Assembly: GCA_028283505.1 (NCBI GenBank) | Contig: JAPOFX010000001.1 | Span: forward strand, 137,127-201,126 | Direction of reading: 5' to 3' | Length of the DNA: 64,000 bases | Source: Candidatus Poseidoniales archaeon | Lineage (GTDB): Archaea; Thermoplasmatota; Poseidoniia; Poseidoniales; Thalassarchaeaceae | Part shown: piece by piece, positions 49,693 to 59,605 of the stretch | Numbering within the stretch: position 1 is the stretch's first letter | Layout: every line of letters begins with the position of its first letter | The notes under the pieces: generated by a model | What the model saw: only the letters and a program-made list of their open reading frames with translations | What the model was told of the DNA's origin: nothing | Database searches by the model: none | Made by a program: the position numbers and the translations under genes

Positions 49693-50175
49693 ATGACAGA
49701 AGATGTTACGTTGGCTGTAGGAGGGATCGCACCAGAATTTGAGGCATTTTTGAGTGATGGCTCCAAATTCGTACTTTCAGAGGCGCTATCATCAGGAAAG
49801 GGAGTTATTCTCTACTTCTATCCTCGTGATAATACCCCTGGTTGCACCTCACAGGCCTGTGATTTCAGGGATAACTTCGGGAGGATTTCGGACGGTTCAT
49901 GGAAAGTTGTTGGAGTCTCGACAGACTCAGCAAAATCACATCAAAATTTCATCTCAAAACATGAACTTCCTTTCGATCTGATAGTGGACGAAGAAGCCGA
50001 GTTACATTCCCTTTATGGGACTTGGAGGGAGAAGAGTATGTACGGTAAAACCTACATGGGCACAGTAAGATCAACGTTTGCCATATCCTCGGATGGGACT
50101 CTGGCGTGGGTGGGCTACAAAGTCAAAACAAAAGGGCATGTGGACCAAGTTTTGCAAGATTTAGGGATAGAGTGA
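49693..50175 (+). CDS. bcp: Peroxiredoxin Bcp/PrxQ
   Basis: YFYPRDNTPGCTSQACDFRD, GVSTD, EKSMYGKTYMG.VRSTF. Confidence 0.93.
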   Translation: MTEDVTLAVGGIAPEFEAFLSDGSKFVLSEALSSGKGVILYFYPRDNTPGCTSQACDFRDNFGRISDGSWKVVGVSTDSAKSHQNFISKHELPFDLIVDEEAELHSLYGTWREKSMYGKTYMGTVRSTFAISSDGTLAWVGYKVKTKGHVDQVLQDLGIE

Positions 50176-50179
50176 TATC

Positions 50180-50422
50180 TTGGACGAAAATGATAGAAGG
50201 AATCTAGTTGAGCGATTTCTAAGGAGATGCGTAACGTACGCCAATGAGTCGATAAGGAGGAAGTCGAATAGGGGAGCTAGCGAAGAAGAAATCGCAAAAT
50301 GGGAGGTTTACAGGGACTTTACATTGCACGCAGCAGATGAAGTAGCTTCAGGCGATTTGGATTCATGGCTTGAGGACGGTCCTGTAGATTTTGAGCCAAC
50401 AAATCAAGATTCAGAGAGCTGA
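50180..50422 (+). CDS. Small hypothetical helical protein
   Basis: 4 bp after bcp, TTG start, plausible composition. Confidence 0.6.
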   Translation: MDENDRRNLVERFLRRCVTYANESIRRKSNRGASEEEIAKWEVYRDFTLHAADEVASGDLDSWLEDGPVDFEPTNQDSES

Positions 50423-50874
50423 TCGTAGTCCCCAATTCCCAATTCATATTTTTTAGTATCAACTCTCATCATAGCTCCGGGCACCATTAGAAGCGAGTCA
50501 TCTTCGTTAATCGCGAATGCGTGTAGGCCCAATCTCTCGGCCATTTCTTGGACCCTCCTCCTACATCGATCTCTTTGTGTAGGCATGTGTACCATTGAGC
50601 CAAGGTCTACTATGACTAAGCTACCCCTGGAGAGGGGAACGGATATCCCTTCCAAGGGAAGTCTGTGCATTAAATCTGGTTTGATATATACCACACTTCT
50701 TTCAGCCCCAGGAGTTAGCCTCCTGGTCATTTCCGACCATTTTTGGTCCCCTAAATCTAAGTGTAAATCACCCTCTTGGGGCCCGGGGTCTGCAGTCGCC
50801 CTTCTCCTCCTTGTTTCAGAACTCCTAACCTTTGTAGGATCGGGAAGACCAAGCAGTCTGAAGAGGTTCGCCAC
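50404..50874 (-). CDS. sepF: SepF-like cell division protein
   Basis: N-terminal amphipathic MANLFRLLG; core LSRGSLVIVDL...R..V.EMAE.LG...AI.E...LMVP. Confidence 0.65.
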   Translation of the reverse strand: MANLFRLLGLPDPTKVRSSETRRRRATADPGPQEGDLHLDLGDQKWSEMTRRLTPGAERSVVYIKPDLMHRLPLEGISVPLSRGSLVIVDLGSMVHMPTQRDRCRRRVQEMAERLGLHAFAINEDDSLLMVPGAMMRVDTKKYELGIGDYDQLSES

Positions 50875-50888
50875 GGGTGTCCCCGTGC

Positions 50889-53800
50889 CTACTCATCAAA
50901 GAGTGCTTCGATATCTTCTTGGCTTAGAGCATCATCTACAGACATTACCACTTCTTCCGAGGGCTCACTCTTTCCCTTAGATACATCTGGAACATCCTCA
51001 TCATCCATGGCATCTGTGTCTACAACAATAGATTCAGTCTCTTGCTCTCCCGAGTCCATTTGGACATCTGTGTCAGATGTAACTTGCGAGTCGATTATTT
51101 CCGAATCTTGTTCCGTATTTTCAGTGGCAGGCTCGAGTGATTTTGATTTCGGCCCCTCCCTCCTGCTTTGCGAGTCAAATGGGTCATAATCAGGATCGTC
51201 AAAGGCGTCATCCACTGAAACTTTCTTCAGACTCTTGGTCTGGTCCATCCCTGATACTAGTCCGCTATCACTAGGTGGACTTCTGTTCTTAACTAGCATG
51301 AAACCTCCAGAAAGTGCAATTAATACTACAACAATTATCATTATGCCATATGACGAGACGAACTCGCCAAGGCTAAATGGCGCTGCTGAGACAGTCAGAG
51401 TAAGAGTTGCAGATGACCCTTGTCCTTCGTCTAACGCTGTCATACTAATCCCTCTGTTCCCAGAGCCAACGAACGACCATTCGATCCACTTTCCCTGAAT
51501 ATCAACATCGTTGGCGGCGTCACCATCGCCATCACTATCAACAGAGGTATCCATGTCCCAGTTATACACCATATTCTCCATATCTAAGATGGAGTCACTG
51601 GTCCCATTAGCGCTGAAGAAAACAATTTCTCCCTCCACTGGAGTAAACGTGCTTGCTGAAACTTTGGGAAAGGGATTGACATTTCTCACATCGATTGGAA
51701 TCTCTATCATCGCAGAGCTTCCATCGTCATCAGTTACGTGAAAAACAATCATACTGGGTGAGGTGGTAGCGTCTGGCCACGCCATCTGAAGTGTTCTGGA
51801 CTCAATGTCGCAGTCATCAGCTGCATTTCCAGATCCGTCTGAGTCAACCGTCGGTTGTAGGTCATAGCAATTCTGTAGTGTCAGCTGATCACCAGCAGTA
51901 TCTATGGTATCAATTGTTATGGAAATCTCCGAATCCTCCGCCACTGGCAGAGGGTCTGCAACTGGGCTAATCTGAGGCTCAAGGTTGATAATTTCGATAG
52001 GAATAATCAGTGATTCTGTACTCGCCCCGTCATTATCTATTACCTGTAGGGTTGCTAGATGCAAACCGGAGGTATGGTATGTATGCTGCACCGTACTTTT
52101 TCTGCCCTCAAATGTAATTACCTGGTCTGGATTATTTTCTGCATCGGGACTCCAGAGATGTACAAGTGTGGACAAGTCATTTTCAGAGTCATCAGCCATG
52201 CCTTCAAAAATTAGTAAATCGCCTTCATTGGCGATGTAAACTCCTCTGCTGTCAGGGACCATCCTATTTCCCTCCTTCCATACCTCTGCCCTGGGGTTCG
52301 TTGGTGCTATATTTCGAACTTCGACAGTTTTGTTTGAGTACCCAATATCCCCGTCATCGTCAACAGCTTCGACACTGATTGTGTATGCTCCTTCTTCATC
52401 AGGTGTCACAGTGCAATATACTCCGACTTGCCCTTCTTGACATGGGTAATCTGAAATCCACAGAATATCCATTGGTGCTTGTGGGTTTTGAGTATCGATA
52501 TCGCTTCTTTCCTCGACGTTAAACTGCAATGGAGAGAGAACGTTAGTCCACTCATATTCGGACTCGATAGTAATCTCAGGAGGTCGGTTCACAATCTCAA
52601 TTACGTCACCAATGACTGCCAAGTCATTTTCATTATCTGTGAATTCTATAACGATGTCGAATATTCCGTCGTCGTCCCACTCAAACTCGACAATGCACTC
52701 TTCTCCACCAGATATTTCCACTATCTGATCCTCACTCTCGATAAAGAAATTACATCCAATAAACTCTCCACCATCTGGATCGTACGAGGAACTAGCATCA
52801 AGAATCACAGCAGATTTCGTAAGAGACTGAGCTGGCATATCTAAAGTCGCCACAGGAAGCCTCCCTATCCACAATGAAAATACACCGTTATTGTTGGATC
52901 TGTCACCATCATCAGTTATTGACTCATTAGGATCCACTTGGAAAGAAAGCGAAATTTGCCCTATTGGGTAGGCATTAGGTACTGTCCAATTGACTTCTAC
53001 GATAGCTTGCCCTAAGCTCGGGAGTGAGGGAACTTGGGCAGTCTGCACAGATCCATCAGGAGACTCCACATTCATTGTAGTCGCGGGAGAGGGCAGAAGC
53101 CCTCTATTCTGTATCGGCATGTAGAATCTTAACGTATCCTGGGGAACAGCATTGAAGCCAGTGGAGGACGCCAGGGTTGTAGTTGCTCCCCCCCTTGTCC
53201 TCTCAACAGTAACACCCGAGGAAATAGCCACCAGGTCAACAGCACTCACATTAGGGTCGATGGTGATTGTCGATACTCCGACAATCTTCTCGGAGGGGAT
53301 CCATGCAATTACACCATGACTTCCTGCCTCGCTGCCCCCCTGCGAGTCGTCTATGGAATTTCCGGAATTGAACTCCACATACGCCGTTCCGTTGGATGAG
53401 GTAGTCACTGTTCTGATATCCCCGTCAATTCCATATCGGAACTCCACCTCCTGGCTTCCGGCAGATAGTGCCGAACCATCCTGAGTTACAGTAAGTATTG
53501 CTGTCGTGTTTAAATTGAGTGGGGAAAGAGGAAATTCCAAATCAACTGATATTTCCTTACTTCTTTGAACATCTTCCGGAATATAATTTTGAAGCTCATG
53601 AAATGCATTAATCCCATCTATGATATCAGTACTAGATGACACGTCTCCTCTGACAGCAGGGCAGAACCACCTATACCCGTCAGCCGAACCATTAGCATCG
53701 AATGTTGTCACGTTGTAGGATTGCTGACATTGTGAGTATGGTGTTCCCGGGGCCCCTCTCGACATCACTTGCCAACTCCTCACCTCGCTAGAATCTGAGT

Positions 53801-54452
53801 CTGCCGGGATGTCCACGAAATCACTTGAGCCCTCATATTCTGTCTCTTGGGAATAGCTTGATGTCCAATAGTCTCCGACAGTGAGCGGGAAGTCATAACC
53901 TTCAGTAGGAGGGGAATAAGTTTGAGTAATTGTCAACTCTGCTACATCTACATTTATGGTCCACCAAAAAAACCTATATCCGAAGTCAATCTCTATTGTT
54001 GCTTCTTGTTCGATTACTGCTAAGTCAGAGGCACGAATCAGCTCAATAGTATCCATTTCTATCTCGAGATCTCCATTGTTGCCATCAAGATTGACATTCT
54101 GTGCTTCATAACTTCCTTGGGACTGGGCCTCATATACTAATGTAGATCGATTATCAACAGTAGTGGTGTAGATATCAGTGACTGTCCGATCCAATGTACC
54201 AGTCAGGTATTGAACATCCGTCGAAACTCCAGATGAACCTACAAAGTCTCCGACATCTAGGTATCCATCGTAGACCCACCTATCTCCTACTCTCCAGGTA
54301 GGTATGTCAGCTATTGCCGTATTCCTTTGAGATGAACTCGATACCTTTTCTTCAATCCCTACCTCATCTAGATCCTCCGGAGATATCAGGAACACACATT
54401 GCGATATCAGTATCATTGCCATCATTACGGCCGACGCGGTAGCTCTACCCAT
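50889..54452 (-). CDS. Large surface protein with CARDB/PKD domains, C-terminal TM and acidic cytoplasmic tail
   Basis: IQNRG...VDPNESITD.DRSNN (CARDB), LDASSSYDPDG and LQVIDNDG (PKD), DSDGDGD Ca-loop-like motifs. Confidence 0.85.
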   Translation of the reverse strand: MGRATASAVMMAMILISQCVFLISPEDLDEVGIEEKVSSSSQRNTAIADIPTWRVGDRWVYDGYLDVGDFVGSSGVSTDVQYLTGTLDRTVTDIYTTTVDNRSTLVYEAQSQGSYEAQNVNLDGNNGDLEIEMDTIELIRASDLAVIEQEATIEIDFGYRFFWWTINVDVAELTITQTYSPPTEGYDFPLTVGDYWTSSYSQETEYEGSSDFVDIPADSDSSEVRSWQVMSRGAPGTPYSQCQQSYNVTTFDANGSADGYRWFCPAVRGDVSSSTDIIDGINAFHELQNYIPEDVQRSKEISVDLEFPLSPLNLNTTAILTVTQDGSALSAGSQEVEFRYGIDGDIRTVTTSSNGTAYVEFNSGNSIDDSQGGSEAGSHGVIAWIPSEKIVGVSTITIDPNVSAVDLVAISSGVTVERTRGGATTTLASSTGFNAVPQDTLRFYMPIQNRGLLPSPATTMNVESPDGSVQTAQVPSLPSLGQAIVEVNWTVPNAYPIGQISLSFQVDPNESITDDGDRSNNNGVFSLWIGRLPVATLDMPAQSLTKSAVILDASSSYDPDGGEFIGCNFFIESEDQIVEISGGEECIVEFEWDDDGIFDIVIEFTDNENDLAVIGDVIEIVNRPPEITIESEYEWTNVLSPLQFNVEERSDIDTQNPQAPMDILWISDYPCQEGQVGVYCTVTPDEEGAYTISVEAVDDDGDIGYSNKTVEVRNIAPTNPRAEVWKEGNRMVPDSRGVYIANEGDLLIFEGMADDSENDLSTLVHLWSPDAENNPDQVITFEGRKSTVQHTYHTSGLHLATLQVIDNDGASTESLIIPIEIINLEPQISPVADPLPVAEDSEISITIDTIDTAGDQLTLQNCYDLQPTVDSDGSGNAADDCDIESRTLQMAWPDATTSPSMIVFHVTDDDGSSAMIEIPIDVRNVNPFPKVSASTFTPVEGEIVFFSANGTSDSILDMENMVYNWDMDTSVDSDGDGDAANDVDIQGKWIEWSFVGSGNRGISMTALDEGQGSSATLTLTVSAAPFSLGEFVSSYGIMIIVVVLIALSGGFMLVKNRSPPSDSGLVSGMDQTKSLKKVSVDDAFDDPDYDPFDSQSRREGPKSKSLEPATENTEQDSEIIDSQVTSDTDVQMDSGEQETESIVVDTDAMDDEDVPDVSKGKSEPSEEVVMSVDDALSQEDIEALFDE

Positions 54453-54502
54453 ACATCCTCTGTGGAGAAGGGGCAAATCAATGTGACTATCGACTGAGCT
54501 AA

Positions 54503-55231
54503 TCACATCGCGCGATAGTCAGGGAGGTCTGCAAGCTCATCTTGTATGAATTGGACAGCCTCTAAGATCTGATCCTTGGCCCTTGCTCCAGTGATAACCA
54601 TCTTTCCACTTCCGAATATCAGGCAAACTACTTTTGGGTAGTCCAGCCTGTAAATCAAACCAGGGAACTGCTCAGGCTCATACTCGACCTTGTCAAAAGG
54701 CAGATGGAATGTAAGATTATTCAGATTGAGCCTTCTTGGAAGGGCGGCCAATGGCTCTCCTTGTTTAATTCCCCTAATCCTTGGATCTTCATTTTCAACC
54801 TCCTCATCGGTCGCCGCCCTGATCCCACCAGCTTCATCAATCACTTTAGTGTTGATATCATCCATTTTGGCTACTCCAGTGTAGTCTTCAGGGAAGAAGA
54901 GTGAGTAGGTAGCGACCATGTTCTGAACTTCTATGTCGACATCAGCAACATCCCATGTGGAAATTCCCGCCGCTCTCAGGTCCCCAATCATTCTCTCGAT
55001 ACCCGTCTCGATGTTCTGTTGGTTCTTACCGCCCGTGCAAACAGCTCTGCCAGATCTGAACATAAGTATTGCCAGTTTTGGATCCACCACCCTGTAAACT
55101 ACACCGGGGAATTGTTCAGGCTCGTATTCACAGTTCAGTTGAATTGCAATATCTGGGAGGTCCAGCTCCTCGGCAACCCTGGTTGACGCTACAACATTCA
55201 CTACAGTTAGGCGTTCTTCATCACTTAGCAT
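54503..55231 (-). CDS. tbp: TATA-box-binding protein with an insertion of about 52 aa
   Basis: NVVAS, two YEPEQFPG repeats, FRSG/FGSGK. Confidence 0.95.
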   Translation of the reverse strand: MLSDEERLTVVNVVASTRVAEELDLPDIAIQLNCEYEPEQFPGVVYRVVDPKLAILMFRSGRAVCTGGKNQQNIETGIERMIGDLRAAGISTWDVADVDIEVQNMVATYSLFFPEDYTGVAKMDDINTKVIDEAGGIRAATDEEVENEDPRIRGIKQGEPLAALPRRLNLNNLTFHLPFDKVEYEPEQFPGLIYRLDYPKVVCLIFGSGKMVITGARAKDQILEAVQFIQDELADLPDYRAM

Positions 55232-55253
55232 GAGTCCTCGCACTTATATTCTT

Positions 55254-55261
55254 CTTATAAA
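55254..55261 (-). promoter_or_regulatory. TATA box (TTTATAAG) of tbp, consistent with a leaderless transcript
   Basis: Lies 23-30 nt upstream of ATG 55231. Confidence 0.6.
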
Positions 55262-55301
55262 GGATATCAGTATGAAAAATCTGGATAACGCCCCTTTGTG
55301 A

Positions 55302-56270
55302 TCATAAAATTCGCGCCCCTCCAGATCCAAGTTTCGAGACTAGTGGCTTCCCACCTGCGATTTCTATGCATTCAGCGACTCTCTTGGGATGCCGAGTAAG
55401 GGAAACCATGCAACCTCCCCCCCCAGCTCCAGTCAGTTTGGCCCCGAGGGAATGACTATCCACAGCAGAAATTAGATTCTCAAGTTCATTGCAACTGACT
55501 CCAAGGTTACGAAGCCTTTCATGACAGGAGCTCATTGCCGAACCTACTCCTTCCATATCTCCCGCAGACAGCGAAGCAAGCCCGGAAGATGTGATATCCC
55601 CAATTGCCCTGATATCATCCATCTTTTGCGGATATTTCCCAATTAGTTCTGAAACTCCTTCCACCATTTTCCCAGTAGGCGATCCAATTCCTGTAGATCC
55701 CAACACTATCCAGATATCTTCAATTTCTGGCAGTTTCGCCTCACAGACTGACCATGACCTACTTCCCTCAGGAGTCTCTAGGGTAGCGTCGAATACATGC
55801 CTAGTCCCTCTGACCTTATGGCCAGAAACAACGATACATCCCCCAAGCGCACTAGTCGCAGTATCTGTAGGGCTAGCTCTTCCTTTCTGAGCGTTCGCCT
55901 CAGCTGAATGCCCCATCTTGGCGAGAGAAATTAGATCTAGTGGCTCATTTGGTTTAGTGAACTGATGTAATGCTGCCCCCATTGAATTGGAGAGTGCGGC
56001 AGACGAACCAAGTCCAGCAGCCGAGAAAAGGCCGCTCTTGATATCAATTTTCAAAGGACTTCCCTTGTATTGGAATATATCATTGATTATGTGAGAAATA
56101 TGGGGGTGTCTGGACGGCTCAAACGGCATCCCCTCCAAAATCCATCTATCTGACTCACTAATTGTAACCTCTACACCTGCGTCAATTGAGATGGCAACTG
56201 CCGGCTGCCCGTAAACTACCGCATGCTCCCCGAATAGAATGCATTTGCCCGGCGCGAATGCAGTAACCAT
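55302..56270 (-). CDS. mvk: Mevalonate kinase
   Basis: APGKCILFGEHAVVYG, GLGSSAA, GRASPTD, GAKLTGAGGGGC. Confidence 0.92.
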   Translation of the reverse strand: MVTAFAPGKCILFGEHAVVYGQPAVAISIDAGVEVTISESDRWILEGMPFEPSRHPHISHIINDIFQYKGSPLKIDIKSGLFSAAGLGSSAALSNSMGAALHQFTKPNEPLDLISLAKMGHSAEANAQKGRASPTDTATSALGGCIVVSGHKVRGTRHVFDATLETPEGSRSWSVCEAKLPEIEDIWIVLGSTGIGSPTGKMVEGVSELIGKYPQKMDDIRAIGDITSSGLASLSAGDMEGVGSAMSSCHERLRNLGVSCNELENLISAVDSHSLGAKLTGAGGGGCMVSLTRHPKRVAECIEIAGGKPLVSKLGSGGARIL

Positions 56271-56382
56271 ACATCCCGCCCGCAGTCAAGGGAAATGAGC
56301 ATTGGGATGTGGGGCTTGCATCGGTTCCTTCAAGTTCAACTACCGTTTGGGGAGTCCAAGGCAGTTGCCGAGATGTGAAATT

Positions 56383-58425
56383 ATGGAACATCCACTATTG
56401 CAGTCTTATGGCCCATTGGAGGGTTGGCACATACTGCTCGCAATCGGGGTCGTCTCGATTGGTTTCTTCAGTTATCAGGTTCAGAAGGCAACTAGGCTGG
56501 TCATGTTAGGATCATCCGACAGTAGGTTTGACTCTTGGAGTATCAGAATCAAAGAGTTCATTTCAGGATGGTTGTTCCAGAAAAAAGTCCTCAGAGATAA
56601 GGTTGCAGGGATAATGCATGTTCTGATGTTCTGGGGATTCCTCATGCTATCGACAGACATGTTTGATCTAGCGACTGCAAATGCATTCTCTGATAAGGTA
56701 CTTCCAGAAATCATAGTCGGGCCTTGGAATGGGATGGTTGAGCTGGGATACTTTATGGCCCTGATTGGCTGCGTCAGCGCACTTACTCGCAGAGTGGTAT
56801 TCACACCAGAGAAACTCAAGGGAAAGTCCCAGCTAGAAGGTAATGCCATACTGTTGCTGATATTTACGATTACCACCACCTCATTCATGGTCGAGTCCGC
56901 AGAGTCGCCAAGTGCCTTTTGGGAACCAATAGGATATTGGTTTTCGGAACGAGGTCTTTCAGAACAGACAGTAATACTATCTTATTGGGCTCACATGCTG
57001 GCAATCTCAGTTTTTCTTTTCTTGATTCCACTCTCAAAACACATGCATCTCGTGATGGCAGTTCCGAACGTCTTCTTTCATGACGCTGGTCCAATGGCAA
57101 GAATGAGGCCCTTGGCAATTGGAGATGATGGAAAGGCTGTTCCTCTGGAAGATCTCGATATAGACTCCTTCGGAGTTAGTACATACAATCAGTATTCATG
57201 GAGGCAACTAATCGACGGATGGTCATGCACGTCGTGTGCTAGGTGTCAGGATGTTTGTCCCGCATATGCATCAGGAAAGGGACTCAATCCCATGCAGGTT
57301 ATCCACGATGTCAGAAACTACGCGAATGAGCATGCCCCAATTCTTCTTTCAGGGAACCAGCCCGAAGAAACAATTCTTGAGAGGATTACAGAAGAGGCTG
57401 TTTGGGCATGCACAACCTGCAACGCTTGCGTGGATGTCTGCCCACTGTACATTGAACACGTTCCAAAGCTCACAGATCTCAGGAGAAATGCGATGATGGA
57501 AACCATGGAGTATCCAGAAGTACTCAACACTGCCATGGGCAACATAGAGTCTGCATCTAACCCATACGGCTTTGGTGCGCATGAGAGAGCAGATTGGGCC
57601 TCTGACTTGGGAGTGAAAATTGGCGAGCCAGCAGAGTACATCTACTTCGTTGGTTGCGCGGCAAGCTTCGACGAGAGGAATCAGAAAGTAGCAAGGTCGA
57701 CAATATCCCTTCTCAAAGAAGCAGGACTCGATGTGGGAATTCTTGGTATGCAAGAAGGATGCTCTGGGGATCCAGCTAGAAGAGCGGGCAACGAGTATCT
57801 CTTCCAAATGCTGGCGGAGACAAACATGTCGACGTTCCAAGAATTAGGAGTCAAGAGAATTGTGGCTTCATGCCCCCATTGTTTCCACACGCTGGGCAAG
57901 GAGTATGGAGACTTCGGAGGAGATGATCTGGAGGTTTTCCATCACTCTGAAATTATAGCAAAGCTACAGAAGGAAGGAAAGCTCCCAGAGGCAGAGAAGA
58001 ATGGACGGTCAATCACTTTCCATGATCCATGCTACTTGGGAAGGATTGGAGATATCTTGGATGCCCCAAGATCGGTCATTGGAGGGGTCGACAAAGAAAC
58101 CGAAAGGCATGGCAAAGACTCATTCTGCTGTGGTGCGGGAGGGGCCCAAATGTGGATGGAGGAAGATGCTGATAAGAGAGTAAATGAGATTCGAGCAGCA
58201 GAGATTGCCGAGACTGGTTGCGACACCGTGGCTGTAGGCTGTCCTTTCTGCTCCGTAATGGTAAAAGATGGCTTAGACGCTGTCGGAGCTGATATGGAGG
58301 TCCTTGACGTTGCTGAACTACTCTGGGAACAGATCGTGGCTAGGGATTTGGAGATTCATGATAAGACCAAAAACAGAACAGGAAAAGCCAGGATCTGGAA
58401 ATCATCACTATCGGACCTTGTTTGA
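56383..58425 (+). CDS. Membrane Fe-S oxidoreductase (FadF/HdrD-like: TM + 2x[4Fe-4S] + CCG domains)
   Basis: CTSCARCQDVCP, CTTCNACVDVCP, SCPHC, HDPCYLGR, CCGAGG, CPFC. Confidence 0.88.
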   Translation: MEHPLLQSYGPLEGWHILLAIGVVSIGFFSYQVQKATRLVMLGSSDSRFDSWSIRIKEFISGWLFQKKVLRDKVAGIMHVLMFWGFLMLSTDMFDLATANAFSDKVLPEIIVGPWNGMVELGYFMALIGCVSALTRRVVFTPEKLKGKSQLEGNAILLLIFTITTTSFMVESAESPSAFWEPIGYWFSERGLSEQTVILSYWAHMLAISVFLFLIPLSKHMHLVMAVPNVFFHDAGPMARMRPLAIGDDGKAVPLEDLDIDSFGVSTYNQYSWRQLIDGWSCTSCARCQDVCPAYASGKGLNPMQVIHDVRNYANEHAPILLSGNQPEETILERITEEAVWACTTCNACVDVCPLYIEHVPKLTDLRRNAMMETMEYPEVLNTAMGNIESASNPYGFGAHERADWASDLGVKIGEPAEYIYFVGCAASFDERNQKVARSTISLLKEAGLDVGILGMQEGCSGDPARRAGNEYLFQMLAETNMSTFQELGVKRIVASCPHCFHTLGKEYGDFGGDDLEVFHHSEIIAKLQKEGKLPEAEKNGRSITFHDPCYLGRIGDILDAPRSVIGGVDKETERHGKDSFCCGAGGAQMWMEEDADKRVNEIRAAEIAETGCDTVAVGCPFCSVMVKDGLDAVGADMEVLDVAELLWEQIVARDLEIHDKTKNRTGKARIWKSSLSDLV

Positions 58426-58490
58426 TTAGAGATCATTTTCCCTGAGCCGAATATAGAGAACGTCATAAGCAACACCACCTAGGGCCGTTT

Positions 58491-58889
58491 ATGGAAGACA
58501 CGTTCTTATTCTTCGGAAGGTCTGTACCCGATCTGGCTAAAATCCTCGGCTCTATACTCGCAATTTTTGGTATCGCAATGTACATCATATCTGGCCAATC
58601 CTCGGTCACTGCATTGATCCCATCATTCATGGGAGTTCCCCTGATGCTTCTAGGATTACTATCAGAAAGGATGCCAGAAAATCGTCATCACCTCATGCAC
58701 GCATCAATGGTTCTTGCACTTCTTATGGTAATCATGCCGATTGCAATGGTCGTGGCAATGGGAGTTCCCGACTCCAACCTAACTGTCACCTCATTATTCA
58801 CCCTGCTAATAATAGGCTCAATTTTTCTGGTAGCTGGTATAAAATCCTTCAGGCATGCCCGCATACTCAGGGAATCTTCGGGTGTTTGA
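58491..58889 (+). CDS. Hypothetical 4-TM membrane protein
   Basis: SVTALIP, HHLMH, KSF..AR pattern. Confidence 0.7.
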   Translation: MEDTFLFFGRSVPDLAKILGSILAIFGIAMYIISGQSSVTALIPSFMGVPLMLLGLLSERMPENRHHLMHASMVLALLMVIMPIAMVVAMGVPDSNLTVTSLFTLLIIGSIFLVAGIKSFRHARILRESSGV

Positions 58890-59579
58890 TTGAAGCCAAT
58901 AATCGGCGTAACTTGCTTCATGCGTGAAACAGCCTACGGCAATTGGCATAGACACGCAGCAATTCTCCCATCAGCATACGTATCCATGATAGAAATTTCT
59001 GGGGGTATTCCCATGATTATCCCTCCGGCAGTCGATACTACGAAGCTATTGGATATGATTGACGGATTGATTGTTTCCGGCGGTCCCGACATATCTCCAG
59101 CTCTTTACAATCAGGAGGCTGGTCCAATGACAGTGGAATTTTACCCTAAACAAGATGAAACAGAAATTGCACTTATTTCAGAGGCATTAGAAATAGACAT
59201 GCCATTGTTGGGAGTTTGCAGAGGGATGCAAATTCTCTCCGTCGCACATGGAGGAAGTCTCCATCAGCACCTGGATGACACCCCGGGACATGAAGGGCAT
59301 GGGGGATATGACGGAACCTCTACGGACCATTCTGTGATCGCGAAAGAGGGGTCATTGCTTGAGCAGATAATGGGAAGATCATTCATCGTAAACTCGACTC
59401 ATCACCAAGGCGTCGCAGACCCTGGAAAATTGTCAATATCGGCCGTCGCACAACACGATGGTTTGATCGAGGCAGTAGAAAGAACCGATAAGAAATTCTG
59501 CATGGGAGTTCAATGGCATCCCGAGCGTAAGGGGCATGAACAATTGTTCTCCGCATTCGTTGAGGCTGCGAGAGGTTGA
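58890..59579 (+). CDS. Peptidase C26 / gamma-glutamyl-gamma-aminobutyrate hydrolase family
   Basis: KPIIG, SGGPDISP..Y, LGVCRGMQ, VNSTHHQ, GVQWHPE. Confidence 0.9.
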   Translation: MKPIIGVTCFMRETAYGNWHRHAAILPSAYVSMIEISGGIPMIIPPAVDTTKLLDMIDGLIVSGGPDISPALYNQEAGPMTVEFYPKQDETEIALISEALEIDMPLLGVCRGMQILSVAHGGSLHQHLDDTPGHEGHGGYDGTSTDHSVIAKEGSLLEQIMGRSFIVNSTHHQGVADPGKLSISAVAQHDGLIEAVERTDKKFCMGVQWHPERKGHEQLFSAFVEAARG

Positions 59580-59605
59580 TGACCATCGGCCCGCTAGAAG
59601 GGGTA

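Noticed and set aside
54731..54898. Intein or intron in tbp
   Set aside because: No Cys/Ser start or His-Asn end, too short for a mini-intein, and no evident bulge-helix-bulge
55417..55424. C8 homopolymer in mvk as a phase-variation tract
   Set aside because: It encodes the conserved GAGGGG motif of GHMP kinases
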